A stretch of 63,022 nucleotides of DNA, counting the filler, from an uncultured archaeon (GTDB lineage Archaea > Iainarchaeota > Iainarchaeia > Iainarchaeales > 1-14-0-10-31-34), in the NCBI GenBank assembly GCA_964442255.1. It is 5 parts of 5 records of this genome, joined end to end, with 100 filler letters (N's around TTAATTAATTAA, not from the genome) between each part and the next. Parts side by side here need not be neighbours in the genome. Positions count along the whole stretch, not along the records: positions 33,010 to 48,605 come from CAYTYC010000028.1; 4 more parts are not named here. One strand, written 5' to 3'. A program made the translations under genes and the position numbers. Below, piece by piece: positions 36,391-46,733 of the stretch. Numbering within the stretch: the stretch's first letter is position 1; each line of letters begins with the position of its first letter. The notes beneath the pieces were generated by a model. That model was not told the DNA's origin. It saw only the letters and a list, made by a program, of their open reading frames with translations, and made no database searches.

Positions 36391-38943
36391 GTGAAGTTAT
36401 TGAAGAGGCTTGCGGCATTATTTTGTTTTCTTCTTTTGCTTGCCCCGGCTTACGCAGTGGTTTCGCAGGACAAAATGAAGATTTTTGCGGTCACCACAGC
36501 CAACACCGCCGTCACAGCCGAATTGATTGTGAACATTTCCCCAGGAACCGGTGAGGTGTGGAGCAATGTAACCCCTTTGGTTGGAACCACCACGCAAAGC
36601 TCGGAGCGGACTGCCGTGGAGCTGGCGAAAAGCTATGTTTCAGGTGGAAACGAATACGATTACCTGTTCAACATAAACTCCACTGCCTCGCTGGTGGACG
36701 GCCCGAGTGCGGGGGCTGCAATGTCGCTGATAGTGATTTCAATGCTGCAGGACAAGGATTTGCCTTCAACCGTCAGCCTAACCGGAACCGTTTCCCCGGA
36801 GGGAAGAATCGGGCCGGTTGGGGGAGTGCTGGAAAAAAGTGAAAAGGCGGCGGAAGAAGGAATAAAGCTTTTCATGTTTCCGAAAGGCGAGGGAACGCAG
36901 AAAATAGTGGAAAACGGTTCCGTGAAAACGGTTAACCTTTCAACTTACGCGCTCGAGGAATGGGGAATGAAGGCAGTGGAAGTTGAAAGCATTGACGAGG
37001 CATTGAAGCTGGCTTTCTCCGACGTGGAGGAAATTGACGTCAACGCGGAAGTGATTGAAGAAAAAGAGTTTTACCCTGAACCCATTCCTTTCCCGGAACG
37101 GCTTTCATTGATGCATTTCCTTACCGGGAAAATGATAAGCGAAACAGAACAAAAAATTTTTTCCGCGAAATCCTCGCTTTCAAGCAGCTTCATTGAGGAC
37201 GAGCAAGTTATCAGCATCCTTCTCTTAACCCTTGCAAACGCGGAGGACCTGCTCAAGGAAGCCAAAATTTCGTTTGACGGAAACTTTTTGTATTCCGCCG
37301 CAAACTCTGCCTTCCTTGCAAAGGTTTTGGCGTCTCAGGCGAAAGACATTGCGGACAACCCTTCCATGCTCCAAAAAGACTCAGAAGTGTTTGAGTCAAA
37401 GCTTTCCGAATTGAAGGAGGAAATAAGGGAACTCAAGGAAAACCTGAACGAGTTCATTCCCCTGGATTTCCTTGAATGGCATATTGCGGCAAAGCAGAGG
37501 GTGAGTTATGCGGAGGCAAACCTCGCCAAAATTTCCCAGCGCAAAACCACAATCATTGTGGACATCGGCGGGACGGTAGTGGATTCCACCGACACGCTGA
37601 AGGACGTGCAGGACTACGAGTTTGCGGTCGCATGGGTTGAGGCCGCGGAAAACTTTTACGCAAGAACACGGGAATCGGAAAAAAAAGCCCTTCCCGACGA
37701 CCACTTCAAGGAGCTTGCAAGCGAAATGCTGATAAGGGCGGAGGATGCGCTGACTGTTGCCCCGGAGGCGGATCTGGAGGACCTGGAAAGAAGGCTTGCA
37801 GCGGCAAAAACCGAGAACGCGCGAGGATGGTTTGTTGCAAGCGCGTTTGATTCTGCTGCTGTTGAGGCCTTGAGCGTTGCGTCAACGGAAGTAAATGAAA
37901 AAAGTTTGGATGAATTGCAGGAAATGCTTTCAGAAGAAATAACTGAAACCGAGGCCGCGGTCAACCAGATGGGGGAAAACCTTGTTTGGGCGCAGCTTTA
38001 CCTGGACCACTCCAAATACTTTTTTCGGGCATCCGAATTCTATGAAGGGGAAGGGTTTAACGCAAAGGCAAAAGAGCGCGCGCGGACAGGGGTAAGCCTG
38101 GTTTTTTTGGCGAAAAATTTGGTTGAAGTAAGCGGCAAGGCATACGAGTATTACGGCTCTTTTTCTCCCGAAGATTATGTTTCATCCCCTTTTGCTTCAA
38201 GGCCCGCATCCGCGGATGCGGGCGGGTTAAGGGAAAATTTGCTGATGGTTTTGCTTGGGGGATTGGCTGCGTTCGGCGCAATGCTTTTGGTTGTTTTCCT
38301 TAAGCCAGGGGTTTTCGGCGCGGGCTTTTCCTTCAGGGGCCAGCTCAATGAACTGGAGAAGCTTAAAAAAAGGGCGGACAACGCTTTTGCGGATGGAAAA
38401 ATTTCCGCCGAAAAGCATTGCGGGCTTTTGCGGAAACTTGAATTGCACAGGGAACTTCTTGAACACGACATCAGGGACAAGTCCAGCGGAATGGTTAAAA
38501 TTGCGAAAACCCGGGCTGATATTGACAGTTCAAGAAAGTCTTTGAGGGAACTGAAAAGGCTTTACCATGGCGGCTCTCTTTTGCGCCCGGATTACGAGAA
38601 AGGCTTGAAGGAATTGAAGAGGAAAGCCGAAATGCTTCAGTCTTCCCTGGAGTCAGAGGAAAAAATGCTTGAATCGGAAAAAAGGGACGCAATCCAGAAA
38701 ACCGCCAGACTGGGGGAAGAGGAAAGGCTTGCCTTCAGTAAAAAGGCGGAAGAAAAAACCATCAAGAAAAAAGCGTTCCCGAAAAATTGGGCACAAAAAG
38801 AAAAAATTTTTCCAGTGAAAAAAAAGTCTGCCTCAAAAACACGGAACCGGGGAAAAACCGTCAAGGGAACCAACGCAAGCCCTAAAACTGTTAAGGGAAC
38901 GGAGTCAAAGGGAAAGGCAAAGGGAACTAGGCTTTGGCCTTGA
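36391..38943 (+). CDS. secreted membrane-anchored S16 (Lon-like) serine protease
   Basis: Signal peptide, VDGPSAG, GPVGGVLEK Ser-Lys dyad, TM near aa 620, cytoplasmic coiled coil. Confidence 0.88.
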   Translation: MKLLKRLAALFCFLLLLAPAYAVVSQDKMKIFAVTTANTAVTAELIVNISPGTGEVWSNVTPLVGTTTQSSERTAVELAKSYVSGGNEYDYLFNINSTASLVDGPSAGAAMSLIVISMLQDKDLPSTVSLTGTVSPEGRIGPVGGVLEKSEKAAEEGIKLFMFPKGEGTQKIVENGSVKTVNLSTYALEEWGMKAVEVESIDEALKLAFSDVEEIDVNAEVIEEKEFYPEPIPFPERLSLMHFLTGKMISETEQKIFSAKSSLSSSFIEDEQVISILLLTLANAEDLLKEAKISFDGNFLYSAANSAFLAKVLASQAKDIADNPSMLQKDSEVFESKLSELKEEIRELKENLNEFIPLDFLEWHIAAKQRVSYAEANLAKISQRKTTIIVDIGGTVVDSTDTLKDVQDYEFAVAWVEAAENFYARTRESEKKALPDDHFKELASEMLIRAEDALTVAPEADLEDLERRLAAAKTENARGWFVASAFDSAAVEALSVASTEVNEKSLDELQEMLSEEITETEAAVNQMGENLVWAQLYLDHSKYFFRASEFYEGEGFNAKAKERARTGVSLVFLAKNLVEVSGKAYEYYGSFSPEDYVSSPFASRPASADAGGLRENLLMVLLGGLAAFGAMLLVVFLKPGVFGAGFSFRGQLNELEKLKKRADNAFADGKISAEKHCGLLRKLELHRELLEHDIRDKSSGMVKIAKTRADIDSSRKSLRELKRLYHGGSLLRPDYEKGLKELKRKAEMLQSSLESEEKMLESEKRDAIQKTARLGEEERLAFSKKAEEKTIKKKAFPKNWAQKEKIFPVKKKSASKTRNRGKTVKGTNASPKTVKGTESKGKAKGTRLWP

Positions 38944-41692
38944 CTTCTCCGGGTTTTTCAATTTCTTCCTTGAGTTTCAGCCCTATTACGCTGCTTTTGT
39001 CCTTGTTTAAGGTGACGCCTATTATTTGGTCGGATTCTTTTATCAGGGGCTCGTTGTGGGTTATTGCAATGAACTGGCTTTTCCTGCTTATTTCCCGGAT
39101 TATTCTCGCAAGCTTGATTGAATTCTCTTTGTCCAGCGCGGCATCGGCTTCGTCAAAAAAGTAAAAGGGCGCGGGCCTGTAAAGCTGGATTGCGAAAAGG
39201 AATGCAAGCGCTGTCAGGGTTTTTTCCCCTCCGCTCATTGAATCCAGTGTTTTCAGCTTGTCCCCGAAATGCTTTGCCTCAATTATTAGCCCCGACTCCA
39301 GCGGGTTTTCCGGTTCGGAGAGAGTGAGTTTTCCCTGCCCTTCTGCCAGGGAATTGTACATTTTGTTGAAGTTGGAGTTTATTTCGTTGAAGCATTCCAT
39401 GAAAACCTTTGTTCTCTTGAATTCAATTTTGTCCATCAGTTCCAGCACGGCGAGCCTTTCCTTTTCAAGCTGTTCCGCTTTCCTTTTTGTTTCCAGCATT
39501 TCTTTCGCCAAACCGTCAAATGATTCGATGGCCTTCATGTTTATTGCGCCCAATTCCTTTATCCGTGAATCAATTTCTGAAACCCTTTTCTTTAATTCCT
39601 CCAGCCCTTTTTCTTCAAGGATTTTCACTTCCTCGAATTCCTTCATTTCCTCTTTCAGGTCGGACAGCCTGACCTCGTTTTTTCCCTGTTCAACCTTTAA
39701 GTCGTTTTGCTGTTTTTCCAGGCGGTTTATTTCTATTTCCAGTTTTTCCCTTTGTTCTTCGGTTTTTTCCAGCGCTTCATTAAGTTTTTCCAGGCTGAAC
39801 TTGAGCTTGTCGGTTGACTTTGAGGCCTTTTCCAGCTCAAATTCAAGTTCCTTCACTTCCTGCCCCAAGTCTTTTGCCTTTTTTTCCTCTTTTTCCGCAA
39901 GCAATTCTTTTTCCTTTATTTCTTTTTCAATTTCATTTATTTCTTCCAGGGTTTCCTTTTCGGTTTTGGTTTCAGAGAGAAAGGACCCGATTTCCCTGTT
40001 TTCTGCCTCAATCCCGGCAAGCTCCCTTTTAAGCTCAAACGCCTCTTTTTCCAGCCCGCTTTCTTTGAAGGCAGCCGAGCCCAGGGTTTTGATTTCTTTT
40101 TGAAGCGAGAAAGACGTTTGTTTTGCGTTTTCAAGCAGTTCCTGCAGCCTTGCTTTTTCCGGCAGCGCCTCTTCAAGCGCTTTTTCTTTCCTGTTTTTTT
40201 GGAGGGAAAGGCTTTCCATTTTTTCTTTCATGCTCTCTGTTCCAAAAAATTTTTTCATTTCCTTCAAAATTTTTCCGGTTTCCGCGTTGTCCTCCATTAT
40301 TCCGTAAAGGCTTTTTTTGAGTTCCTCTTTTTCCGCCAGCTTCAGCGCTTCCCTTGCCTTTGCCCGGATTTTTTCGTTTTTCTTTTCAAGGTTTTTCAGC
40401 AGAAGTCGGGTTGACTCTGCTTTCCTGAATTCCTCTCCCTCCTTTAAATCATTGAGCCTTTCCTCAAGTGACTCCAGTTCTTTTTTTGCCTTTGCTTCTT
40501 CCACCCCCAATTCAAACAATTTTTCGGAAAGGCTTTCCTTTTCCTCCAGCACGTCTTTTGCCTTTTTTTCCTTTTCATTCAGCCTTTCCAGCGCCTTTTC
40601 CTTTTTTTCCCCGGATTCCTTTAACAGGGATTCCTTTTCAGCGAGCAGTGCATTCAATTCCGTTATTCTTTTTTTGTTTCCGCCGGCAAGGGCTTTTTTC
40701 TTTTCCGTTAATTCGCTTGCGGTTTGTGCCCTTTCCTTCAGCCTCCTGATTCTTTCCCTTGCCTGTGCAGCCTGCTCCCGAAGGGAGTGCGCCCTTTCCT
40801 CCGCGACCTGTTTTTTGGCTTTTGCTTCTTCGGCCTCAATTCCCGTTCCGCTGTAGGCTTTTTCGCTTTCCTCAAGAATCTGCCGGTTTAACGCGTTTGC
40901 TTTGGCTTTTTTTTCCTCCAATTCTTTAAGCAAGGAGAGCTTTTTCTGCTCTTTTCTGGCTTTGCTTTCCTCGCCTTCCCTCATTATTTTTTCTCCTTCC
41001 GCCTGGGCTTCCTCCACTTTTTTTGCTTCCTTGAAAATTATTGACGCCTTGCTTTGCAGCAGCTCCTTTTCCAGTCCCCTGAATTCAATTGCCGCCTCTT
41101 TTTCCTGCTCCAATTGTTCAAGGTATGCGCCCCTTTCCTTTAAAACTATTTCAACTTCCCTTATTTTTCTGTCAACCTTTTCCAGTTCTTTCAGTGCTTC
41201 CCCCTTTTTTTCGTCAAATTCTTTCAGCCCGGCCAAATCGTCTATGATTTCTCTCCGCTGTAATTCGCTCATTTCAATTATCTTTGTCACGTCCCCCTGC
41301 ATGACAATATTGTAGCCGTCCGCCCGCACCCCTAATTCGGTTAACAGCGCAGTGGCTTCGTTCATTGCCACCCTTTTTCCGTCCAGCCTGTAAACGCTTT
41401 TTCCTTCCCCGTCTATTGAGCGGGAAAGCAAGTAGTTTTTGTCCTGCCCCGCCAGCTCAGCCTCCACGTTTGCGTAGCCGTCTTCAGCGGAATTGTTCAC
41501 CAATTCCTTGAGCCTTGAGGCACGCAATGTTTTCAGGGAGGTGGAGCCGAACACAAACATTATTGCGTCCATTATGTTGCTTTTTCCCGAGCCGTTGCTT
41601 CCCGCTATTGCGGTGAAGCCTTTGTTGAATGGAATGAAGGCTTTCCTGAATGACTTGAAGTTTTTCAGCCTTAGCCTGGATATTTTTACCAT
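38927..41692 (-). CDS. smc: SMC-family ATPase lacking a recognisable hinge
   Basis: NFKSF, GSNGSGKSN, VMQGD, GAINMKA, MSGGEK, FDEADAALD, ITH. Confidence 0.9.
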   Translation of the reverse strand: MVKISRLRLKNFKSFRKAFIPFNKGFTAIAGSNGSGKSNIMDAIMFVFGSTSLKTLRASRLKELVNNSAEDGYANVEAELAGQDKNYLLSRSIDGEGKSVYRLDGKRVAMNEATALLTELGVRADGYNIVMQGDVTKIIEMSELQRREIIDDLAGLKEFDEKKGEALKELEKVDRKIREVEIVLKERGAYLEQLEQEKEAAIEFRGLEKELLQSKASIIFKEAKKVEEAQAEGEKIMREGEESKARKEQKKLSLLKELEEKKAKANALNRQILEESEKAYSGTGIEAEEAKAKKQVAEERAHSLREQAAQARERIRRLKERAQTASELTEKKKALAGGNKKRITELNALLAEKESLLKESGEKKEKALERLNEKEKKAKDVLEEKESLSEKLFELGVEEAKAKKELESLEERLNDLKEGEEFRKAESTRLLLKNLEKKNEKIRAKAREALKLAEKEELKKSLYGIMEDNAETGKILKEMKKFFGTESMKEKMESLSLQKNRKEKALEEALPEKARLQELLENAKQTSFSLQKEIKTLGSAAFKESGLEKEAFELKRELAGIEAENREIGSFLSETKTEKETLEEINEIEKEIKEKELLAEKEEKKAKDLGQEVKELEFELEKASKSTDKLKFSLEKLNEALEKTEEQREKLEIEINRLEKQQNDLKVEQGKNEVRLSDLKEEMKEFEEVKILEEKGLEELKKRVSEIDSRIKELGAINMKAIESFDGLAKEMLETKRKAEQLEKERLAVLELMDKIEFKRTKVFMECFNEINSNFNKMYNSLAEGQGKLTLSEPENPLESGLIIEAKHFGDKLKTLDSMSGGEKTLTALAFLFAIQLYRPAPFYFFDEADAALDKENSIKLARIIREISRKSQFIAITHNEPLIKESDQIIGVTLNKDKSSVIGLKLKEEIEKPGEVKAKA

Positions 41693-41713
41693 AATAGTTT
41701 GTTCCCCCGCATT

Positions 41714-42532
41714 TTAAAGGGAGCTTTCTTCTTTTGAGTAATAATATAACGGGAAGACAAGCGTGGAAAAGGCTCCCGCAACCAGGGTGAAAGCAATCAG
41801 GGTTAAGTCAAACAATATTTCCTGACCGAATAAGTCTGCAAGAAAGCTTCCAACAGAGAATTGCAGGGCAGGAAAAAGGCCGCCAAGGATTACCGCAAGA
41901 GGGATTGCCAACAAAAAAATTATCCCAAACACGTGTTTCCAGAAAAATTTCCAGCTTTTTTTCAGCGCCTCCCTCATTTTAATTTCCTCTGCCGCCATTA
42001 TCACCGGCGTAAAAAGCAGGGAAAGGAAAAGCACTATTAAAAACAGGGCGTAAACCAGCAGCACAGCCAAACCGAAAAAGCCCAGCCCAAGGAAGTTCAC
42101 CACAAGAATCCACCCGACAACAAACAAAAAAAGCCCCAAAACCCAGTAAAAGAAAAGGAGCTTTACCATTTCACCAATTTTTCCGAAAGCAAAGCCTATT
42201 GCGCCTGAAACGCTTTCCGTTCCCTTCCGGATTTCGCCCACAAAGCGGGTGTAAGCGAAAATCATGCCAAAGTTGACAAGCATTGAGAGCGCGCTGAACG
42301 CCGCCAGCAGGCTGGCTTCGTTTCCGTATAGTGCACAGAATTTGAAGGGCAGTTCCTTGAGCGAAAATTCCGTCAGGCCCCCAAACAGTATTACAGTGAA
42401 CATTGCCTGCAAAAGCGCGTCCTCTAAGAACAGCAAAAACGCGCCTGTAACCATGGCTGTTGCTGCGGCTATGAGGAGGAGCTGCGGTTTTTTTGCCAGC
42501 AGCGCGAATGCCTTAATGATTGCGGTAACCAT
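41714..42532 (-). CDS. polytopic membrane protein
   Basis: About 6 TMs, EALKKSW motif. Confidence 0.65.
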   Translation of the reverse strand: MVTAIIKAFALLAKKPQLLLIAAATAMVTGAFLLFLEDALLQAMFTVILFGGLTEFSLKELPFKFCALYGNEASLLAAFSALSMLVNFGMIFAYTRFVGEIRKGTESVSGAIGFAFGKIGEMVKLLFFYWVLGLFLFVVGWILVVNFLGLGFFGLAVLLVYALFLIVLFLSLLFTPVIMAAEEIKMREALKKSWKFFWKHVFGIIFLLAIPLAVILGGLFPALQFSVGSFLADLFGQEILFDLTLIAFTLVAGAFSTLVFPLYYYSKEESSL

Positions 42533-42661
42533 TTTTTTTTAGCCCTTATTATTAGCAGACAGCTTCTTGTTTTTATTTGTTTCTATGCCTTCCAGTTTCG
42601 CGGGCAGCCGGAAAAAAAACAGTAAAAAAAGAAAGAAAAAGGGGAAAAAAGCTTGGAGGAC

Positions 42662-43045
42662 TTAAATGCCTGCCTTCGCTTTTCCCGCAAGGTTTTTGAT
42701 TGAAACCAGTGCCACAATGATTGCCGCAGGGGCGACGAAAACCGTTATGTGCGCCACAATGCTGTAAATCAGTGTCCCTATTGTTGGCAGCACCAGGTTA
42801 ATTCTCCTGAAGCTTTCAATTGCGCCGCTTGTTGCAAGCAGGGCGATTGCCGCGACCAGGAAAGGCGTGACTTCCTTGTCTTCAATGTTCAGGAAACCGA
42901 CAACTATTCCCAGAATAACGAGTACAAAGAGAATCCATGCGGTAATCATTGAATCCATTCCCATGAACGTTGTACCAATGCCTGCAAGCACCGCGATTAT
43001 TACGCCCAAAAGGAATGCCCAGTTTCCCAATTGCTGTAAGCTCAT
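42662..43045 (-). CDS. small four-TM membrane protein
   Basis: GNWAFLLG, VGFLNI..KE..FLVA, FVAPAA; GGAGGT SD. Confidence 0.8.
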   Translation of the reverse strand: MSLQQLGNWAFLLGVIIAVLAGIGTTFMGMDSMITAWILFVLVILGIVVGFLNIEDKEVTPFLVAAIALLATSGAIESFRRINLVLPTIGTLIYSIVAHITVFVAPAAIIVALVSIKNLAGKAKAGI

Positions 43046-43208
43046 GCCATACCTCCTTTTTTGTTTTTTTTTTTGGCATATAATTGAAATAAAACACTTT
43101 AGATTTTTTCTTCTTTTTAATGCTTTGCTTTAAATTTCGGTGAAAGGCGAATTTTTGGCTTCTTTTTTCGGGAAAAGCTTTAAAATTTGAAGCCCCCTCT
43201 TATTAACG

Positions 43209-44045
43209 GTGACAACAAAAAATTCTATTTTGTTAATAATTAAGCAGAATGAAGGAATTGACTACAACGCGTTGCTGGCAAAAATTTCCTCTAATTACAG
43301 TTCCATTAATTCTTCCCGCGCAGCCTTAAGCAGGGCGTTAAAGGATTTGACTGCGTTTGGTTTGGTGAAAAAGCAGGGCAAATCCTTTTTTCTCACAGAC
43401 AAGGGTTCCGCGGAAATAAGCGGGGAAATAAAGAACAAGCTTTTGCTTAAATTAAACCAGCTTTTCCGTTCCCCACGGAACGTGGACGAAATAAACCAGA
43501 TTGTTGAAAGCCTGCAGACAATGATTGAGCGCTCAAAGCAGGACACGGATTTGCTGAAGGCAGCAAAGGGTTCCGCGGATTTTTCCTTAAGTGACGTCGA
43601 GGAATTGAACAAAAAACTGAAAAAACGCATTAAACAGCTTTCCTATCTTTCCAGGGTGCTCGGGCACCAGCTTGATTCATTGAAGGAACTGGACTTTTTT
43701 GACTCCAAAAGCGTGGAATTCAGCGAAAAAAACCTTGAAAAAGTTTTTTCCGCGTTTTCTTCAAGGAAAGCCAGGGAAATTTTTTTGGAATCAAGGGACG
43801 TTGAATTCCTTAAGTCTTTGGGTTTGCCTCAGGGCTTTAAGGCGGAGAAAGGCGGATTTTTTCTTTTGCCACAAGAACTTGGTGAAGTGAAGCCCACGGC
43901 TTTGAAGCATTTTTTGAATAATTCTTCGTCCTCTTTTTCGCTTTTTTCGGGTTCTTTGGAGTCCTGTTTTGGCTTTCCCTCAATTCGCCTCCGGGGGCCT
44001 GCAAAGGAAATTGAAAAAATTGTTGGGGAGGCTGGGCTGAAGTGA
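43209..44045 (+). CDS. winged-helix domain protein
   Basis: ALSRALKDL..FGLV..FFLTDKG. Confidence 0.65.
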   Translation: MTTKNSILLIIKQNEGIDYNALLAKISSNYSSINSSRAALSRALKDLTAFGLVKKQGKSFFLTDKGSAEISGEIKNKLLLKLNQLFRSPRNVDEINQIVESLQTMIERSKQDTDLLKAAKGSADFSLSDVEELNKKLKKRIKQLSYLSRVLGHQLDSLKELDFFDSKSVEFSEKNLEKVFSAFSSRKAREIFLESRDVEFLKSLGLPQGFKAEKGGFFLLPQELGEVKPTALKHFLNNSSSSFSLFSGSLESCFGFPSIRLRGPAKEIEKIVGEAGLK

Positions 44046-45188
44046 GCAGAANNNNNNNNNNNNNNNNNNNNNNNNNNNNNNNNNNNNNNNNNNNNNNNNN
44101 NNNNNNNNNNNNNNNNNNNNNNNNNNNNNNNNNNNNNNNNNNNNNNNNNNNTGAGCAGAATCCTTTTCACTGTGTGCGGCGTTCGCTTGGGCCATTCCAC
44201 GCGCAGTTTGGTGTTGATTCAGGAGCTAATGAAAAAGCATTCGGTAATGCTTGCCTCTTACGGCGAGGGATACGAGTTTTTGAAGAAGCATTTCGGGCAG
44301 AGCCATAAATTGAAGTGGTTTGAATTGAATTTTGACGGCGGCTCCTACGACAAGAAAACCACTTACCTGAAAAACATTCCCCGCGCGCCCTACATTATTG
44401 CCTCCAACCTTTTCACTTTGGGGAAAATTGTGAAAGAATTTAAGCCGGACTTGATTGTGTCGGATTTTGACGTAAATGGGGTGTATGTGGGGGAATTTTT
44501 TGGGGTTCCTGTTGTGACGCTAAGCAACATGCATTTGCTGAATTTCATTGAGCCTCCCCTTGAATTCAATGAAAAACTGAAATATTATTTGACTGAAAAG
44601 CCCGTGCTTAAGGCTTTCCTTGGCTCGGATTATTTTTTTATTTCCTCCATTTTCAAGCCTTCCGTGTGGAAGGAGAACACTTTTTTCTTTAACCCGGTTG
44701 TGCGAAGGGAATTTGCTTTCCCTTCCCCTGAAAAAAATGGCCACACGCTTGTTTACCTTGCCCCTGATTCGGTTCACTCCATTTTGCCTGCCCTTAAAAG
44801 CCTTAAGGAAAAAGAGTTCATTGTTTATGGAAACAATGAGGCGAAAGCCGAGGGAAATGTCCGCTTGAAGGAGTTCAGCTCAAGGGAATTCTGCAGGGAC
44901 CTGAAGCAGGCCGAAAGCGTAATCTGCCACGGGGGAATCAGCATTATCTCCGAGGCAACCGTGCTGAAAAAGCCCATGTGCGTGTTTTCCCCGAAAAACT
45001 TTTTTGAACGCTATTTTAACGGCTTTTTGGTGCAAAAGCTGGGCTTTGGGGAACTGCATGAAACCGTTTCGAAATCTTCTCTGCAAGGCTTTTTCTCCAG
45101 CCAGCGCGTGTATTCAGAAAATCTTGAGTCCGCGGGCATCAGGCCCGCAAACAGGGAGGTAGTGGAAAAAATTGGGGAACTTATTTAA
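44042..45188 (+). CDS. GT-B glycosyltransferase (MJ1255-like); N gap appears spurious
   Basis: TGAGCAGAA on both sides of the gap; merged MSRILFTVCGVRLGHSTR; PDLIVSDF, ICHGG..ISEA. Confidence 0.8.
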
Positions 45189-45550
45189 TCCCGGAAAACG
45201 TATCCGTGTTCTTTCCTGTGAACCTGTTTTTCAAATTCTTCCAGCGCTTGAACCAGCTTTAACTGTTTTTTTGTTTCAGGCATTTCCCTGAACCAAATTT
45301 CAGTTCCTTCAATGAATTTTTTGTCTTCTGTTTTCAGCCAGTTAACGGACTCAAGAATTTGCTTTGAAAACAATTCTTTCACAATTTCTTCCCCCTTGTT
45401 TTCATGGTCTTTCTTTGCAGGGAATTTTTTACTGAATTTGTGCGAGAAAGTGAAGCCAGCGGTTTTCTTTTTTTTAACGTCTTCAGGTCCCCCAAAGATG
45501 TCCCCTATCACTCCGCCAAACATTTCGTCAATCTCTTTTAATAGGGGCAT
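45185..45550 (-). CDS. hypothetical protein
   Basis: 121-aa ORF with GAGGT SD. Confidence 0.6.
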   Translation of the reverse strand: MPLLKEIDEMFGGVIGDIFGGPEDVKKKKTAGFTFSHKFSKKFPAKKDHENKGEEIVKELFSKQILESVNWLKTEDKKFIEGTEIWFREMPETKKQLKLVQALEEFEKQVHRKEHGYVFRD

Positions 45551-45697
45551 TCAATTACCTCTTTTTGCGAGCCTCAGCGAGCTGGTTCCATGCTTTAGCA
45601 TGGGACGTTCCTCTGCCGGGAACAGCCGCCAAATGCGCCGAAGGCGCTGCCGCCATGCGTAGCATGGCATTCTCTGCTGCCGCGAGAAGGCGGCAAA

Positions 45698-45894
45698 TGC
45701 AGCCACCGGGATTCGAACCCGGGTCACGAGCTCTTCCCCAGCAAAAAGCAAATGTTATCTTGTCAGTTTCAGCTTGCGCCGGTTTACCATATTTATAAGG
45801 GGTTGACCGAAGGGAAACCCCTTGACGTATACGGGTGCCAGCTGACCGTGACAGCTGTTGGGAAGCTCGGATCCTGCCACTAGACTATGGCTGC
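45698..45894 (-). tRNA. tRNA-Gly(CCC) with 126-nt intron (45733-45858)
   Basis: GCAGCCA/TGGCTGC-A acceptor, CGAGC/GCTCG stem, TT-CCC-A^A, canonical bulge-helix-bulge. Confidence 0.92.
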
Positions 45895-45946
45895 TTTTCC
45901 AGTAATTTTAGCGGAAAAGGAATTAAAAATTCTGCCTTTTTGCCGC

Positions 45947-46612
45947 TTACTTGAGTATGTCGGCCGTGCTTGCCCCAATGTTTGCGAACATTCCAACGAA
46001 CACCACGAGCTTTAAGATTGAGCCGGTGTCCTGGACTTGTCCGCCGATTACCCCGAACAAAAAGAGAATGAAGGCAGCCACAGTGTATGAAACGAATACA
46101 ATGGACAAAAGCCTTTTTGGAAAGAAACCCAAAACGTTTTCCTGTTTTACTGCCTGGTATTTTGTGTAATAAATCAATAAAATGTTGAATGAAAGGGTTA
46201 ACCCGATTATCAGGAATACCCTGGTTAAATCAAGTGATGCGGAAAGCGTCCACACCTCTTCGGTTACGGCCAATGGCACGCTTAAAATCATTGCCCCGAC
46301 TATTTGTTGCGCCAAATCGTTGAAGGAAAACTTGGCGGGGGTGATTTTTTTTTTGAGCCTTTTCAGGATGTTTCTTTGCCTTAAATGCATTTTGTCCAGG
46401 TCTTCTTTTATTTCTGAAACATCCTCTTTGATTTCGTCCACGTCTTTGCCTGCGTCGTCCATTTCCTCCATTAGTTCTTTTATGTCGTCTTTGAGTTTTG
46501 TTCCGTCCTTGTATTTGCCGTTGCCTAATCCTTCCAGTTCTTTCTGGATTTCCGACATTTCCTTGAGTAACCGTCTTCTTTCTGCTTCCGGAGAATCAGG
46601 CAATAAAACCAC
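45947..46612 (-). CDS. DUF2391-like membrane protein with N-terminal coiled coil
   Basis: DLAQQIVGA..PLAVTEEVW, GASTADIL. Confidence 0.7.
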   Translation of the reverse strand: MVLLPDSPEAERRRLLKEMSEIQKELEGLGNGKYKDGTKLKDDIKELMEEMDDAGKDVDEIKEDVSEIKEDLDKMHLRQRNILKRLKKKITPAKFSFNDLAQQIVGAMILSVPLAVTEEVWTLSASLDLTRVFLIIGLTLSFNILLIYYTKYQAVKQENVLGFFPKRLLSIVFVSYTVAAFILFLFGVIGGQVQDTGSILKLVVFVGMFANIGASTADILK

Positions 46613-46733
46613 CTCTGCGGCTATTATTCTTGCGCTCCACTTCTTTAAATAGTTTTCGGGAACGCCGAAATGAATGGCAAAGCCTGTTTTTTTCGTTAGC
46701 TTTAAATATTTCTTTGTGCCCTGTTATAATCAC

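Noticed and set aside
39258..40856. Long Ser/Phe-rich antisense ORFs (also opposite rpl1, rpl10, thermosome, DRG)
   Set aside because: Shadow frames of Glu/Lys-rich genes
44052..44151. Missing sequence in the glycosyltransferase
   Set aside because: TGAGCAGAA flanks both sides and merging gives a normal N terminus
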